Assembly: GCA_004764695.1 (NCBI GenBank)
Contig: SMSO01000006.1
Location: 1,565,859-1,629,858 of the forward strand
Direction of reading: 5' to 3'
From: Schizochytrium sp. TIO01
Lineage: Eukaryota; Protista; Bigyra: Labyrinthulomycetes
DNA length: 64,000 nucleotides
Numbering within the stretch: position 1 is the stretch's first letter; every line of letters begins with the position of its first letter. This document shows positions 1-15,000 of this stretch, in pieces. Position numbers and translations under genes: made by a program. The notes under the pieces are model-generated. The model had not been told where the DNA came from, ran no database searches, and worked only from the letters and a program-made list of their open reading frames with translations.

Positions 1-88
1 GCACGTTAGATCAAATCCATTTCAAATAAAGTCTTTCCCCATCAAGGCATAGCAAAAGATAGTACAAGGAATATTAACTTGTATTGGT

Positions 89-3000
89 TTACATGTCTTC
101 ATCATCATCATCATCATCAAGGCGATTATTTGTGGTAGACTGAATGTCTGCAGCGTTACGTGCAACGGTGGTCTCGTCCATATCAATCGCGATACAATGC
201 GTTACTGCATACAAGAGTTTTTCTGCGCAGGTCTCCTTGCTCGTATACATCGGTAAATCTAACGAGAAGAAGCACGTGTGAGCAGTCGGAAGCATCTTGT
301 CGGCTGATAAAGAGTTACGCACAGACAGTTTGGAGATTTTGTGTTTGCGATCCCAGTCCTGAGACGAGGAAGGCAAGCGAGATCGACCCCAAACAAAACG
401 AAGGTATCGCTGACGGTCCTCTTGGGAAAAGTCGTGAAGCACCTGCCAAAATAGTTGCACAGATGGCGTTGTCTCCGATACGCCATCTCCATAGATGGTG
501 TTGGCTTTGAGGATATCAATGTCAACTTCAGGAGGACCACACACCATGAGTTCTAGCTCTTGCGAGGTAAAAATACTCAACAAATTCCGAGGAACCTGCG
601 TGGCCAGCCCACGCGCAATTGCAGCGCATGGGCGGTCCAGCTCGTGAATTCGTGCTCGAGCCAGCGCACGCAAGAAATCATCGCGACGCTTCATAGTCAC
701 AGGAGTTGCATTACCACCGGGTAAGAGCTCCACGATCCGTCCATCCGAACCTTTCATTGTAAATTTAAGGTCAAGGCGTCCCATTTCTTCTTCATCTTTA
801 GCTTCACGCACTGCCTTCACAAGCTTAAAGAAACCTAAATCAAACGAGAAAACATCATCCAGGGTCACATTGTCACTGCATAGTTGTTTCCATACAAAAG
901 AGGGCATATCGAGAACAAATGGATTCTTTGTGCGCATGGCAATACCCATCAGTTTACCCACAAATTCAAACATGCGCAATGCAATGTGGCTTGTTGCGGA
1001 AGCTACTGGCAGCCACTTGCCTCTACAATCACCCTCATTCGCAACTTGGTTAGGACAAGGTACAAATAAGGGCAAGGCCGGAGTTAGCAGCTCCTGACAA
1101 GCTTGGTTGAATACATCACGGTATGGGCCGCCGTAATCATCAGCACGTTCTCCCGCAAGGATGGTATACCAGGCCCGGTGGGAATTCCGTAAGAGACTGG
1201 CATCTTGAACCGCCGGAGTTGGCGCAAGCAATGGATTACGCTCTGATTTTTCTTCCGAGCCATTTCCATGTAGCTGGGAAAACAGCTGGCCGAAAACAGT
1301 ACGAGTGCCTTTAAGATCCACCCTGCCTGACTTGAGAAACTGAGCTGCCTTGTTGCGATCCAACGTCACTGTCGGAACCTTGTTTTGCTGCATCCAGTGG
1401 TCATCACCAGAGTGCGAGTCTGTCAAAACACGTTCAAACAATGCCTTTTTGACGGAACTCATTACTACACCGCGAACATTACGCAGAGCAGCTGCCAGCG
1501 CAGACTCATGTGTTGCACAGCTGAGGTCCACCAGGGGAAGAACATGTGCCAAACGCCGATTGAAGTTTCTCAACAAAAGGAATCGGAGCTGCAGAGTGAG
1601 GAGCGGGATATTCTCGAGTAATTTGTACCTCATTAACTCCTCGTCTGTGGGTTCTAAATCATTCGGGGATAGGGTTAACGGATCTTCCCCACGCTTAGAG
1701 CAGACTGCATTCACAAGACGCACAAGCTCACAATCGTGATCTAGGGTCAATGGGGCAAACATTTGGTGAAACAGCTCAAGTCGTGCTGCATTGCGAGGCT
1801 CCAAAGCAATGCGCTTTGTTGTCTCACGAGAGTAAAGCGGAGAAATAGTCATGCGGTAGCCCCATTCCTTCGAGGTTCCACGTTTCCGATCTGCATAAGC
1901 ACGGCGTGCTGAAATTTGTGAAAGTCCATCTTGACTGCCTGGACTGTTTGACTGAATTAAATTCGAAACTTGTGCATCGTCATCGCTCACTCCAGCAGAA
2001 GAAATTGTGTACTCACGTTGAATGATTCTGTTTGAAGCTGCTGTCTGCAGTGCAGCTACTGCGGCTGCAGCTGTTGCTGACGCTCCATCATCATCATCAC
2101 CAAAATCGCCATTGTCTCCCACCTGATCCATGTCGAGGAGTTGATTTACATGATTCAACCAGCCTTCCTCCTCAGCAAGCACTTGTTCTTCAGCTTCTGC
2201 TGCCCGGCGCTCGGCATCTTGCTTGCTTTCCTCGGCCATGCGGTCTGAGTGAGTAATCAGGTATTCCGCTGCGCGGTTCATGTCATGGTTCGTTGCTGCC
2301 AGGGCTTGAACACACCACTCCACAGGGTAGCCTAAAGCAGACAAAATAACTGCATTCTCCTCTACTTGGGAAACCCCAGAGGTAGCACCGTCGTTGCCGC
2401 TTTGATCTTCGGACGATTCATGTCCCCGCAGGCGATCAGCATCCGACTCATTTGTGGATGTGTTTCCAGTAGCAGCACCACTATTAGCCTGATCCGCATC
2501 TGACCATCGACGGCGACGAGAGCTACGCCGAACCATAGAGGGGCGACGAGACGTCAAACTACTAATACCTGAGGCCACGCCGCTCCCCGCAGCGTTTGCT
2601 GAAGCATTTGCACCAGAGGACGATGACGCACCAGTACGTGATCGACCGGACCGGCGTGAACTACGTCGTGAAGAGCTTGAGGAAGAACTATCTCCATGAG
2701 ATGAATTGTTCTGGCGTGACGCAATTCGCGCTGTGGCGTGCTGTTGTTCAAAGCTGCTACGCAGCTGATGCAGTATTGTAGCAGTTTCATGATCCATAGG
2801 ATTTCCTCCAGATAAGAGAGAAATCTGGTCATCCTTGTTGTAAAATGAAAAGGTGGGAACAAGCTCATTTCCAGGCTGCAAAATAGTAGACGGCAAAGGT
2901 AGCCGGTTGAAGGCAACGCCCCAATCCTCACCGTTAACTGCAAGCGACATGCAACGCCGTGGGATATCTAAAGTAACTCTCACAACGTCACCGGCTTTAA

Positions 3001-6000
3001 GACGCTTACCAAAACGGTGTCTGATCTTTCGACCTCCATGCCAGCATGCCATGCAACCGATCCAGCCCCAGCCCTTGTCATCACTACCAAGATAGTTGGA
3101 AACCTTTGCGGATCGCATTGCGACACCAAAGAAAATATTAGCGGATGGGCCAGTACGGTCTACGCGCACTTCCCAGCTATTTACGCCAGAGCTAAAGCCT
3201 GTTGTCGTAAAGATGGTTTGCCACATTTTGTCCTTGCGAAGAGTTGCGGTGCGGCCATTGTTTGTGACGCGGATTTCTGGTGCCTTATAATCAGGGGTTT
3301 TAAAGAAGGACCAATCCATAGATTGAGGAACCGGGAACTCATAATGCATAGTACTTGCAGGTACGTGAACAGAAGTTCCACCGAAGCAACCCTGAAGTGC
3401 CTCAACATGTAAATTATTCCGAATTTGCTTGTTGTGGAGGTGCGCATCACAAGTTAACACCAGGGTTTTTCCAAATGATGTTGAGCATCTTCGGTCAAAT
3501 CGGACAACAAGCGCTTCTGCTCCAGGAAGTGTCACCTCGCCCTTTATACGTTTTGAAGAATATGGATGCGCACTTTCAACTATCGCAGTATTGCTTGACA
3601 TTACAAGTTTCAAGAAAGTATCTTCAGCCATGAGGAATTCACTCGGCATGCGCATACGGTCTCGGTCGACTAGTGCATCCATGATAGCAGCAAGCTCAGA
3701 GAGTTGCTGAAACCAGTTCTCTTTGCTTGTCAGAGGATCGTCAATCTCTTCAGGCTTTTTCTGGACAGCACTAGGCGAAGCAAGAGCTTTCCCAACGCCT
3801 TCTTTGACCCCTGCTGAATCGCCATTTGCATCACGGGCTGCAGCAGACTTTACGCTACAATCACGAAGAAACGTAACTCGAAGAGGCCGGGTCACCTTAA
3901 TCGTTGACCACATCTCATGCCTATCATAGTCAGAGATTCGGCGCCCCTTCAGTTCCCAGAAGATATCACCAGGTTCAACGCCGCTTTCTGCGGCTGCACC
4001 ATTCTCCTTCACATGATGAACAAGCAGAATGTCTTTGTTAGACAAAATCTCAATACCAAGAGGGCCATCAAACTCAACAGTAAAGTACTTTGGCTTAGTC
4101 TTGGCAGAGGGCGAAGGCAAAGTGGCAGAAGCACTGCTGCCATCTTCACCTCCGCTTTTTTCAACACTCGCAGCTAGATTATTCCCATTCTCAATCTGGT
4201 GAGACTTCCTTCCGGTATCATTTGCACCTGACTTGGTAGCCCCAGTTGCTGTAGGAACCATTGCGCCTTGCTCTAGCTTCCGCTGGGTAAGGCTGACTGA
4301 CACAAACACTTCAGCAAGAGCGCAGAGTAGGCTCGAGAAGAGAGGCATTTCGTCCATCAAACCATCCTTCGGTTTCTGTGCCTGCCGCTTGTAAAGAGAC
4401 TCCATTTGCACACGAAGTTCAAGAAGTTCGTGTCCCAGCTTTCCGCGCAACGAGTCTGCAGGTGTGCGACGAATGACCATAGCTAACATACGAATTGCCT
4501 TGATTCGCACACTGGGCGAAGCTGTTCGGCTGAATCGCAAAAGTGCGTGAACAAGTTGGGGGCTAAACACCCGACCTGCCCAGGGGCCCATGCCATTCTT
4601 CTCATTTGAGTCAAACTCAGAAAGAAGTTGCAGGATCCATAAAAGCAATTCAGAGGACCCATGATTTGAGTTTGTAGTCGACGCAAGACCAAGATGGTAG
4701 GGCCGAAGTTCTTCCTCCATTTTGATATTCTGAGGGGGTTTCTGTGCAGGTGGAGAGCCTCCTAAGTGCATAGCCGCTGTCGACATATTTGCAACTGAAA
4801 ACTTTGTAGTAAACTCCAGTCCATGAAGCATATGGGTTTTTGTTTCCTCTTCTGAAGATTTTTTCTTGGATTCAATGCACATTCGAGACTCAATCGTACC
4901 AGCATCAACACGGCTCAATGACATTAGTTTACTCTTTTCACGATTGCGCTCTCGATTGGCTGCGATGGTGGAGCCTTCTGAGGCCAAAGAGTCTGTCGAG
5001 CCAGCCGTTTGCATAGAACCCATGTGACGAAGAAATAAGCCTTGATCCTCCTTTGCAAGCACAGGAACAAATGTGCGAGAGCTGTTGTCAATCTCCCAAA
5101 TAGAAACACCGATGGAACGGCGGGAATTGTTGTTATTGCTATTAGTCGAGGATCCGCGACGGCTTGCGTTAGCTTGTGCTTCCTGGTTCATAGCAGTCGC
5201 ACGACGAGCGCTGCCAACCTGGATCAAGCCTCCTGCAAGACCAATGTTGCCTCCGCCAGTGCTAGCAGAGCTAGAGTTGCTTGTTGCTCCCGGCGCACGA
5301 TAGGTTCTCACACTGCCCCCGCGACGACCAGAATCATCGGTGTCACCTGAATCTCCAGCACGTCCTGAGTCCACAACGGTTTTGACAGGATCAGTGCCCT
5401 GCTTGTTTTTCTCCGGACGGTACGACCAGAGACCATGCTGCAACGTTGATAGCTGAACGCAGCTACGGTGTACACATCGTAGCTGGTGTAAGCCTTCACG
5501 CTTGGGATCAGGTTCGCGACGAGAATGGCCCTTGACTGCAATGCACCCGAGCGCGACATAACCTTCTGGCGCAACTGGTTGCCATAAAGAAACAGGCTCG
5601 TCGTCACCTGTGTCCAGATTTTGCCAAATGAGACGGAAGCGGGCGGGTGCAACAAGCAACGGTAAACCATTCGTCGTGGTTGTCTTGCCACCCATTCCAT
5701 CGTCATCACTGACCACCGTTACAGGAGCAGGCTGGTCGGACTCCTGTGAGGTTGTGCCCGCGGTGGCCACATCTCCAAGAATATAAAAACCTGCGTCAGC
5801 AAAAGGACGCCAGATACGAACACTTGGTCCGCGCTCAACTGTGACCTCTTTCTTACGTTTAGTCAAAGGATCCGTTTGCTCTTCAACACGTGTCTTCTTG
5901 TCGTTCCAAGCCTCTTGAAACTGAACTGAAGGACCGGCTTGAAGTCCACCAGGAAGAAACTGCCAAGGGCCTCGAGCCAGAAGAACAAGCTCGTGCAGAA

Positions 6001-9000
6001 CATCCTCTGCCAAGGATCGAAGAACAGAGGCTCGCCAGAGCTCCTCCTCCGCCCTCAGTCGCAATGCTTTGACGATGCGTTTGTCATTCGCGCTCGTCGG
6101 AGGCGGTGCAATCAGCAAATCACTTGCTTTGTGAAATCGGCGTTTGCGCTCCGGTACCCCTGCTACTTCTTCCTCTAGAACAATAGCTTGATAAAAGGGG
6201 GTTTCTTCAACGGCACCGATGTTTTGTGCTTTCTCATTGGCAGGCGCCTTTGCCTTTGCCTGCTCCTGCTGCTGTTGTAGCTTCTGCAGAGCTGATTCCT
6301 TCGCGCGCTCCTGCTCTTGCTGACGAGCAATAGCTTCTGCATCCTGACCACCAATGGCATCAACATAGTTCAAAGGGATGAGCCCAACAGAGCCTGTCTT
6401 CAGTTCCTTAGCTCTGCCCCATCCGCTCTTCGTAGCACCTAACACAACAACCATGTCCCCCTTCTTGATGGATAAATCACCCGGTCGTTGTGGTTCAAAG
6501 TCATAAAGCACACGCGCGAGTTGCTGGAACTCATCCTGGCGCGCACCAGCCCTACTATCGCCAGGCTGCGTTTCGCTCACTTGTGAAGAAGCATCGGTAC
6601 CGTTGGTTTGGTTAACAACCTTCCCCGCTGCAGAGTCTGTATTCTTCTTGTCATCCATGAGGAGGGATGATGAAGCTGCAATATCGTGCTCATTGCTCAA
6701 TACAACCTCTTGCACAGTACCCTCGTGGATGAGCTGACCATCACCTTCGTCTTCAACCCACCAAACACGCAGACCAGATTTCAGTTCTTTCAAAGTGGAA
6801 ACATGGTGAGGACCGTCTCTGTACAACCCTTGCCCAGAATGCAACCATGCTTCCAGAGCATCAGCCCAATCTACATCACTTGGTAAAGTTGCTGGATGAC
6901 TAGCTCTAGAGACTTCCTCGGCAAAAACTAACAGCAACTTTCGGCGAAGAACCTGGATTGGATCACCATGATCGATTTCTTGGGAAATCGTTCCCGAGCG
7001 AATATCTTTGCGAATCGAATCGGGAAACGCACGAATATAATTGCGCAGAAAGTTGCGACCTGAACCATCCATTGCGAGGAGTTTCTCTTGCATATCTTCG
7101 AAAAGGTTGGACGGACCTTGCTGGAAGTTGTGAGCTGTTGTTACTGCAGCTGCTGCAGCTGGTACGGTGGTCGCAAGGGTAGAGGAAAGTTCGCTTTGAA
7201 CCATCAAGGAGTTTTCCAATATCGATACAGTAGCTTGGCGCGCGTATGATACGAAAATCTGGCGTGCTGTCTCCCAGATCTCGGCATTGACTTGACGAAG
7301 GCCACAACCCAGCGGAGGCATACTAAGACGGTTCGTGTTGCGGCCTTTACGAGGATCCTGGCCGAGCGGTTGGTCTGCAGGAGACCGTTGGTCTGCTATC
7401 TGTGCAGTCTCTGCAGACGAAGAGCCCACACCAGAGGAGGCCTCAGCTGATGCTGAAGTACGAGCATAAATTTCATAAGTACGATTGTGCGCGTCTTGAT
7501 CATCCTCAGCAAGATTAATGGCAAGAATGTCTGTGCTTGCCAGGTTATCAGCATCATCTTTGCAACATTCATTAATAATGCGCGTGGAGCTGAGGTCTTC
7601 CTCGGAGACATCCTCATTTTCTAAAAGCCAATGGATAGCATCTGAAAGAGAGCTAGTTGTACAAATCGCGTGTGCACACATTTTGCGAGAGTATCCCAAC
7701 GCTGTGAGCATACGAGCTTCCGCAACAGTACGCGCAATCAGCGCTTGCTCATTCGCACGCAACCAATTCCTTGCACGGGGAAGCTGGTACTCTGTGGCTT
7801 CGAGAGCACGAACGCACCACGCTTTGGGAAGCTTGAGATCTGTGCTCAGTCTAGCCGCAAGTTTGTACGGATCAGGCATGGGGATGCCGGCATCCTCTGT
7901 ATACCCGCCCAGGCAAGCTACCTCTGACGGAGACATGACGTACGAGCGAAGTTGCAATCGGGCAATATCCGCAGCAGGAGCATCCTTCTTCTGGTTCATG
8001 TCACGAAACATACAAAATGAAGAATCCACAGCCCAACGATCATCCTCTAGAATCAGGATTTGTTGACTCGGACCTTGATGTTGCAAAAGAACTTCTCGAG
8101 AACCATTGACATAAAAGCAAATCTCGCCTTGAGTTAAATCAGCAGTCATTACGAGACGATTCCAAGTGTCCGGTTTGACCATATTCGGACGCGAGTATTC
8201 AATGCAACCAACAGAGCCGTCACTCTTTATGTACCAGTCTGCCAGACTATCATTATTCAGGTTTGTTTGCAACAAAGCGACAAAAGTGGATGAATCCATG
8301 CTTTTTTGAGGAACACGTACATCAAGAATAATAGAGTACTGGTTCAAGTAGACCACACCCTCGGACCCATTGCCCCCAAATGTATGTTCAAACTGCAGAT
8401 AGCATAGGTTAGGGACACGCAAGAAGTCTCCTTCCTCACTATCATCTGTGTCAGATTCTAATGCATGATCATTGCCATCGTCAGGTTCTTCTGGTGTGTT
8501 TTTGACGGGTTCACGAACCATTCTTACACGACCACGCTTCTTCTCCGGAACAATACCTCCCTCAAAAGACCAATTACATGCTAATTTATCAGCCTCGGCA
8601 TTTAACACAGCTTCTGTGCCTCGAATAGAAGCTGTGCTCATGTTGCGAGTAAGCATTAAAGGAGTTGAAGGAACTTCATGTGTTGCAGCAATAATATCGT
8701 TGTCCTCCGGTAGCAGGTCGCCATCATCAGGAGATTTTGGGCTATCATTGGCGGCAGTAAAGTTCGTAGCAACAGAAGGGTGATTTGGCACACGAGCGAA
8801 GCACATACTGCACGTCCGATTCCCTTCTACATTTCTGTAGCTGCAAACTTTGCATATCCACGAAGGCGCAGATGAACCAGAAGGGCCAAAAGTACGAGCT
8901 TCATCATCAACAGTTGAATCAAATTCCAAGCTTAAATCGAGACCGTTATGGGGACTTGACGGCACAGGTGGTGCTTCTCCAATGTCAAGCTTGCGACGGT

Positions 9001-12000
9001 GCAACTCAAGGTGGAGAAAACGCCGCTGTACAACACGCAAGGGCACGTCGTCAAAACGACCCCGCGGGGCTGCCAGTAGCGAGGTGACTGCTTGCAAATG
9101 ACCATTGGAGACAAAAAGTTGCACCATTTTGGGATTGTCGCGCAAGAGAAGGTCAACAACTTGGCTTGCACGTGCCTTGGCAACCTCATGTAGACAAGCA
9201 GCTCGAGCGCTTTCTACACTAGGCGAGCTACTTGATAAATTTACGTGTTGCTGAACGAGGGCAACTAGAAGGGCCATGATGCGTTCTGGGCGAAGAATTG
9301 ATTCAACTGGGACCTCAACAGCCGGGCGAGGCATCAGCTCACTATGCTTCTGGATTATGGCACTGGAGCGAGTGTTGCCCTGAAAAAACGACACCCGGGC
9401 AATTTCGGGTGATCCTCCCATAGGTCTGTACCAGTCCAAGTATCCAGTTTGACCATCAACCTCGCTTGCCATAACACTGACTGGGGCTCCATTGTAAAGG
9501 ACCTCCTCAGATGCACCAAGCACCTGGAGAGCACCCATCATTGCCCATACACGCTCTTTGTTGTCCTCAAAGATACTGAGATCATCGACATCTTCAGGAA
9601 GGCGCGGAATCTGTGCCGCCAGACTATGCAATAACGCCCGGTTGATGCACATATTCCAACCGTTTTGCTTACATTGCATAAGGTTGCGTAGAAGCGCTAC
9701 GAGCTGCGCAGAGATAGCCATATCCTGACTTTGGCCGATGAATAAAAGCAATTGCCGCAATGAGAAAGACGGTGAGACATACTGGATTGGAACACAAGGA
9801 AGCAAGAACGAGAGGATTTCAAATGCTAATCCCGACCGCACTGGGGAGCCAACTGAAAAAGCCACGTCAAACAAAGTATCAACAGCCCAGCGCCGCTTCC
9901 GTGTGATGATTTCCCTAGCAAATGGACGTCGTTTCACAACATCGAGAAGGAGCTGCAGAACGAAGTTGATATATAAGCTCCGTGAAGGAATATTAGTCGC
10001 ACGTAATTTTCGAATCCATCCAGTAATAGCTTCATCACGACGTTCTTCATCACTAGTTTTGGTCAGGTGAGATACAGAGGATCGACGAAAGCGTTTGCCC
10101 ACTACAATTGCGTGGTATGTAGTTCGTAAGAGCCGTAGAAGCCAATCTAGAACATGATCGACAGCATCATCAGGAATCAAATCGTCCAAGCGGAGCATGT
10201 GACGCAAGGTCAAGGCTGATGCACGCGATGCACGGACATACCACAAGGTGTCCAACTGGGGCGTCAGTCCCGTAGAGAGCCGCATGGCAGTAGGCCCAAA
10301 GTCTGCTAAGGCACTCTCGGCAGTTGCAGAGGATACACCAGTAGACTTTTGGCGTGGACCCACAAGAATACATGTGTGGTGAAAACCAGCAGCAAGATGC
10401 AGCGGACGCTGGTCCCGGAGAGACAGTGAGAACTCGCCGCGATTGCAAATCTCAACAGGAAAGGGCAAATCGACAGTTGAGCCATTTCCAAGACCGCCAT
10501 CTTTGTTCCTTCCCCATGCAATGATTCGACCATATGTAGTTGCAGCTAGTGAGTGACCGGTACCACATGTGACGGCAACAAAGCGATCGTCTCCACTGTC
10601 CCAGAGCACCGGGACTGGCGCGTATACTTCATAGTTATGTCCTAGGCCAAGCTGTCCGAAGTCGTTGATTCCAAACGCATGTAAAGTACCGTCTGCAATA
10701 ACAACGGTAAAGTAGTAGCCGCAAGCCACAGCCTCGCAATGAAGACTACGAAGTTTGCTCAGCCCATCCTCTACTCGCACGGGTAGTGCAGAAAGTTGAC
10801 GATTCGGGTCATCGATACCAAGCTGGCCATAATCATTACGACCGAAAGTATATAGAGAACCATTTTCCATCACCACAGCGCTATGCTCAACACCACAAGC
10901 CATACTGCTGGCACGACCAACATCAGCAAGGTGGTTAAGACGCTGAGGAAGGGTCCACATATCTGCGGTGGAGCCAATTCCGAGCTGACCACGCGTGTTC
11001 AGACCAAAGGCATATAAAGTACCATCGGACGTCAATGCTAATGAATGACTGTAACTTGTAGCAGCCAGTGTAACCTGCTTGTCCCGGAGAGCCCCCTCAA
11101 CTCGCGATGGGACATATATTTTTTCGTATTTATGCCCCAATCCAAGCTGGCCATATTGGTTAAAGCCCCAGCCATACAAATGTCCACTTGAAGTGATAGC
11201 TAGCATGTGCTCACTACCATTGTTACAGCATATGCGAGTCACAAAAGCAGGGATTGCAATTCTCCGCGGAACATTGACACGAGGCGACTCGTGGTGTCTC
11301 ATCAAGGCATTTGCCGATACTGACGACGGAGGAGGTGTCGGAGGTGCGTGTTCATTATTGGAGTTTGCCGCGATTGCAGAAACAGCGGTTGCTAATGAGC
11401 TTACGGAGCCACTAACGCTCCGAGTGGACCCACGCCCAGACCATGTGGAGCCTGTGAGCTCAGGTGAAGGAATTCCATATTGAGGAGTTGCTGAGGTTGT
11501 GGAAGGTTTGCTACAAGCCCCATTCTTGTTATAACCCCACACGAACACCTCACCTTGAGCAGTAAGTACACCAGTCACCTCATTACCAGCAACTACCTGT
11601 ACAGGGAAAAGGTGTTTAATGACTTCTGAGGTACGAATGTCCTTATGCGGTTTAGTATCACCAACGCCAAGCTCACCATAGCTGTTTTGGCCACAAACCA
11701 AAAGCTCAGTCTCTTCTGAGAGTAAGGGATTAAGCGGGCCTGTAAATGTCAACCTCGGTTTATCCTGAGCATCATCATCGTCATTGTTCTGCTCAGGGTT
11801 GCTGTTTGTGGGGCCACTGTCCTCTTCATTACTTTGGGCCGTCTGTGCAGTAGAGCCTTGCAGCTGGGAGTTCGAGCGGCGATGTAGAAGCTCAACACGA
11901 GGCATATCTTCAATACGAGTTACCGTAGCTTCTGAGGCCTCGCCAACGCTGTTTGAAGGTCCTGAAAGCGTAGCGCGGACAAGCATAGGCAGTTTTGCTT

Positions 12001-15000
12001 CGCTATCAACAGAAATATGGACCTCACTAGATTCTATAACAACCTGCTTCAAGAGCAAGGTAGCCCCAGGAGATAGTACAGACACCGCCGGGCACAAAGG
12101 ACGGATTTTTGAGCGGATTTTGGCTTTAGAGATCATACTATCTCGTTCCAAGATTAGCTCAGAGGTATCGTAGTTGTAGAAGTGGTCTTCATGACGGAAG
12201 ACCATGCAAACTGATGCATCCATGTCAACGAAAAGACCAACCCGCTGGTTATGAGCAAGGGTGGCACAAAGAATGCTTGAGAACCCGTCCCATTCACAAT
12301 AATCGAGCGTCACAAGCCCAATCGCATAAAGAAGCGCAGATTCCGGGCATGTCTGGCCGGGCGTACATGCAAGCTCAAAATAGTAGCGTCCTGCAAAGAG
12401 GCTATGAGAAAGTCTGATTGTTGCAGCGGTTTGGCAACTGTTTGCAGTAACTTCCATGGGGAGATGGAAGCAGAGACCATTTTTAGAGAGACGTAAACCG
12501 GGGTGTTTGTGCTCTCTGGACCATTGAATCCCAAGAGATTGAGGTAATCCCTCTGGGAACGGGAGTTGCAGTAGGCTTTGTGCATCACGACCCAGCATTG
12601 GTTCCCCAAGAGGCTGCAGGCCTTTCACAATATCTGCTGCAGATTCTAGTGAGACACAATCAAGCAGCCATTGCACCATCTCAAGATGCCCAAGCTCCCC
12701 AGTTGCCACACATGCATCAAGAATTGCCGTAGTGAGCACTGGGTTTCGGTCTTCAATCATGTTTCGTGTGCGAAGCATAGCATTTACTGCTTCCCCAACT
12801 AATGTACGGGTCACGTTGGTCATTTTCGCACGCCGCGTGAAGTCTACGAAAGCAAAAATGACATGACGGCGCAAGTCTACGCTACTGCGTAGGCTTCCAA
12901 GAAGCCTACACAAGACTTGCAGACCAAGTGCCATCTGCTCGAATGAGGCCTTCTGTTGCTCTAAAACTTCATAATATTGAACTAGCTGCTGTGTGTCAAA
13001 TTGCTGGGCAAATTGAAAGAGGGAGTGATCACTAACCAGTTTCATTTGCATGAGGAATAAGACACGTTCTACAACATGGGATCCAAGAATTGAGTAATCA
13101 ATCTCCGGAAGAGCTTGTTTGGTCTGGTTCATCCATCGAAGTACTTTCATGGCCGTTTGCATAGCATCTGTCTTTGCATTTTCTTCATCGAATATCGAAA
13201 TCGCTGCGTATACTGCGCGCAATGCCTCCCATACTTTTTCCGCACCAGGCTTGTTTCGAAATTTCATTTTATTCATCTTGGACACTTTGCCCATAATTTC
13301 ATGTTCAGAATCACTAACTATCGCTTGAAACTGGACTCGGCGAGACTCGAGTTCTTCAGTTTGCACAAACCCACTGTTAAAGATGCTCATGTTGATCTCC
13401 TTAGTAGCACTTGCGTCTTCGTCAGCAGGATCAGTTTCCGTCGACATACCAATTACGCCTGAGCCGTCAGCTGCGGCGATCTCATTCGGAGTCAGACTGG
13501 GGCCATTAGTAAGATCAGCAGCCGATGAACCTCCATTCGCAGAGTCTACTGCATCACCAGGCTCCCCGGAAGAACTTGGAGGTCGATTTCCTGCCCCTCG
13601 GCATTCCTTTTCTAGGATCAATAATAAGATTGCCCAGGCAAGATCCGCAAGCCACGTACGGACATGAAAATCTTGAGGAGTACAAACGCGATCAACAGCT
13701 TGCAAAAGATCTACTAGGTAAGGAACACTTGTCTTCAGTTCAATAGAGGGATAATGGAGAATCGTCATGCATGGCCACGTCAAGGACTTCAGGATGGAAT
13801 CAGCTAGAGCCTCCTCCCTTGCCTTTGGGTCATCGTGCGCAGCGCAAGCATCATTTATTATCTTCACAGAGGCTTTGCACAAGGCTGTTGTGTAACGGTT
13901 GATGACTTCGATTTCTACAGTGCCGCACAACAATAAAGACCTTTGCATAGCCAACAAAAGATTGAGAACCTCAGCTCGTGAATTTTTTTGACAAGCAAGG
14001 TCGACAAGGCGTTCGATAAGAATCATGGCAGTACCTTGCTGATCTTGAGCAAGAAGCTCGGACCAGAATCGAAAAGTGGCGAATTTGGATAAATAGGTCA
14101 TGTTGGTAATGGTCGACATGAAGGTTGCTAGCTCAGTGGCCGAAGGAGATAAGAAGGCAAAACCATTACCGATGGCCCGAATAGCTTCTTCCTTTACATC
14201 GCTATCAGGACCGCGCGCGAGAGTAAATAAGAGCTGTTTCATATCGCGCATGGTGACCTGTTCATCGTCAGCAAGCGAAGAGGTTACAAAGCAATGACGC
14301 TGAAGCACACGAAGAGCAGAAATCATGAGCGTTGGATGGCCTTCAAGACGTTCCAAAAGCGCCAACAGAATTCTTGCAATTTCAAATTTAGTTGTCGATC
14401 CACCAAGAGGAAAGCGCTGCAAGCTCCAAAGTATGATTGCTGCACCAGGCTCCATACCATATGGATATTGACGTAATAAATCAGCTTCATTTTGTAATTT
14501 TGACCTGGGTGAGCTTGGTGTAGCATCTATAGCTGTTGAAGTATCAGCATCATCCACAAGCACCAACACGCGGTCTCCGACGGCGAGAAGCTGGAGGGAA
14601 CTGTGTGCGTGAAATACGGTTGCAGACTTAAGATGGCCTGCTTCTTGTGAAGCTGCTGTTGCTGTTGCTATTGAGCCAGTGGCCGTTGTCGTTGCGGTGT
14701 TTCCTGATGATGAGCCCATGTCGACATTTGTGACTTGCAAGTCATCAGTCAAGACAGTGTTAGCATTCCCAGCTCCGCTGGATTCTGTTTTAGTCACACC
14801 AGTGTCAGATACGGCAGCATCCAAGGCACTGCCCGAAAGAGAGCTTGTTAACGATGGCGTAGGCGACGCACTAGATGATGCGCGTGAGTGGTCAGATCGC
14901 TCTACCAAGCAGGTAAACACACGATATTGACTCCTGCGACGTTTAACACCAATACGAGGTGGGTTAATTCCTCCCGCAGGTTGCATTCGTCGTCGTTTAG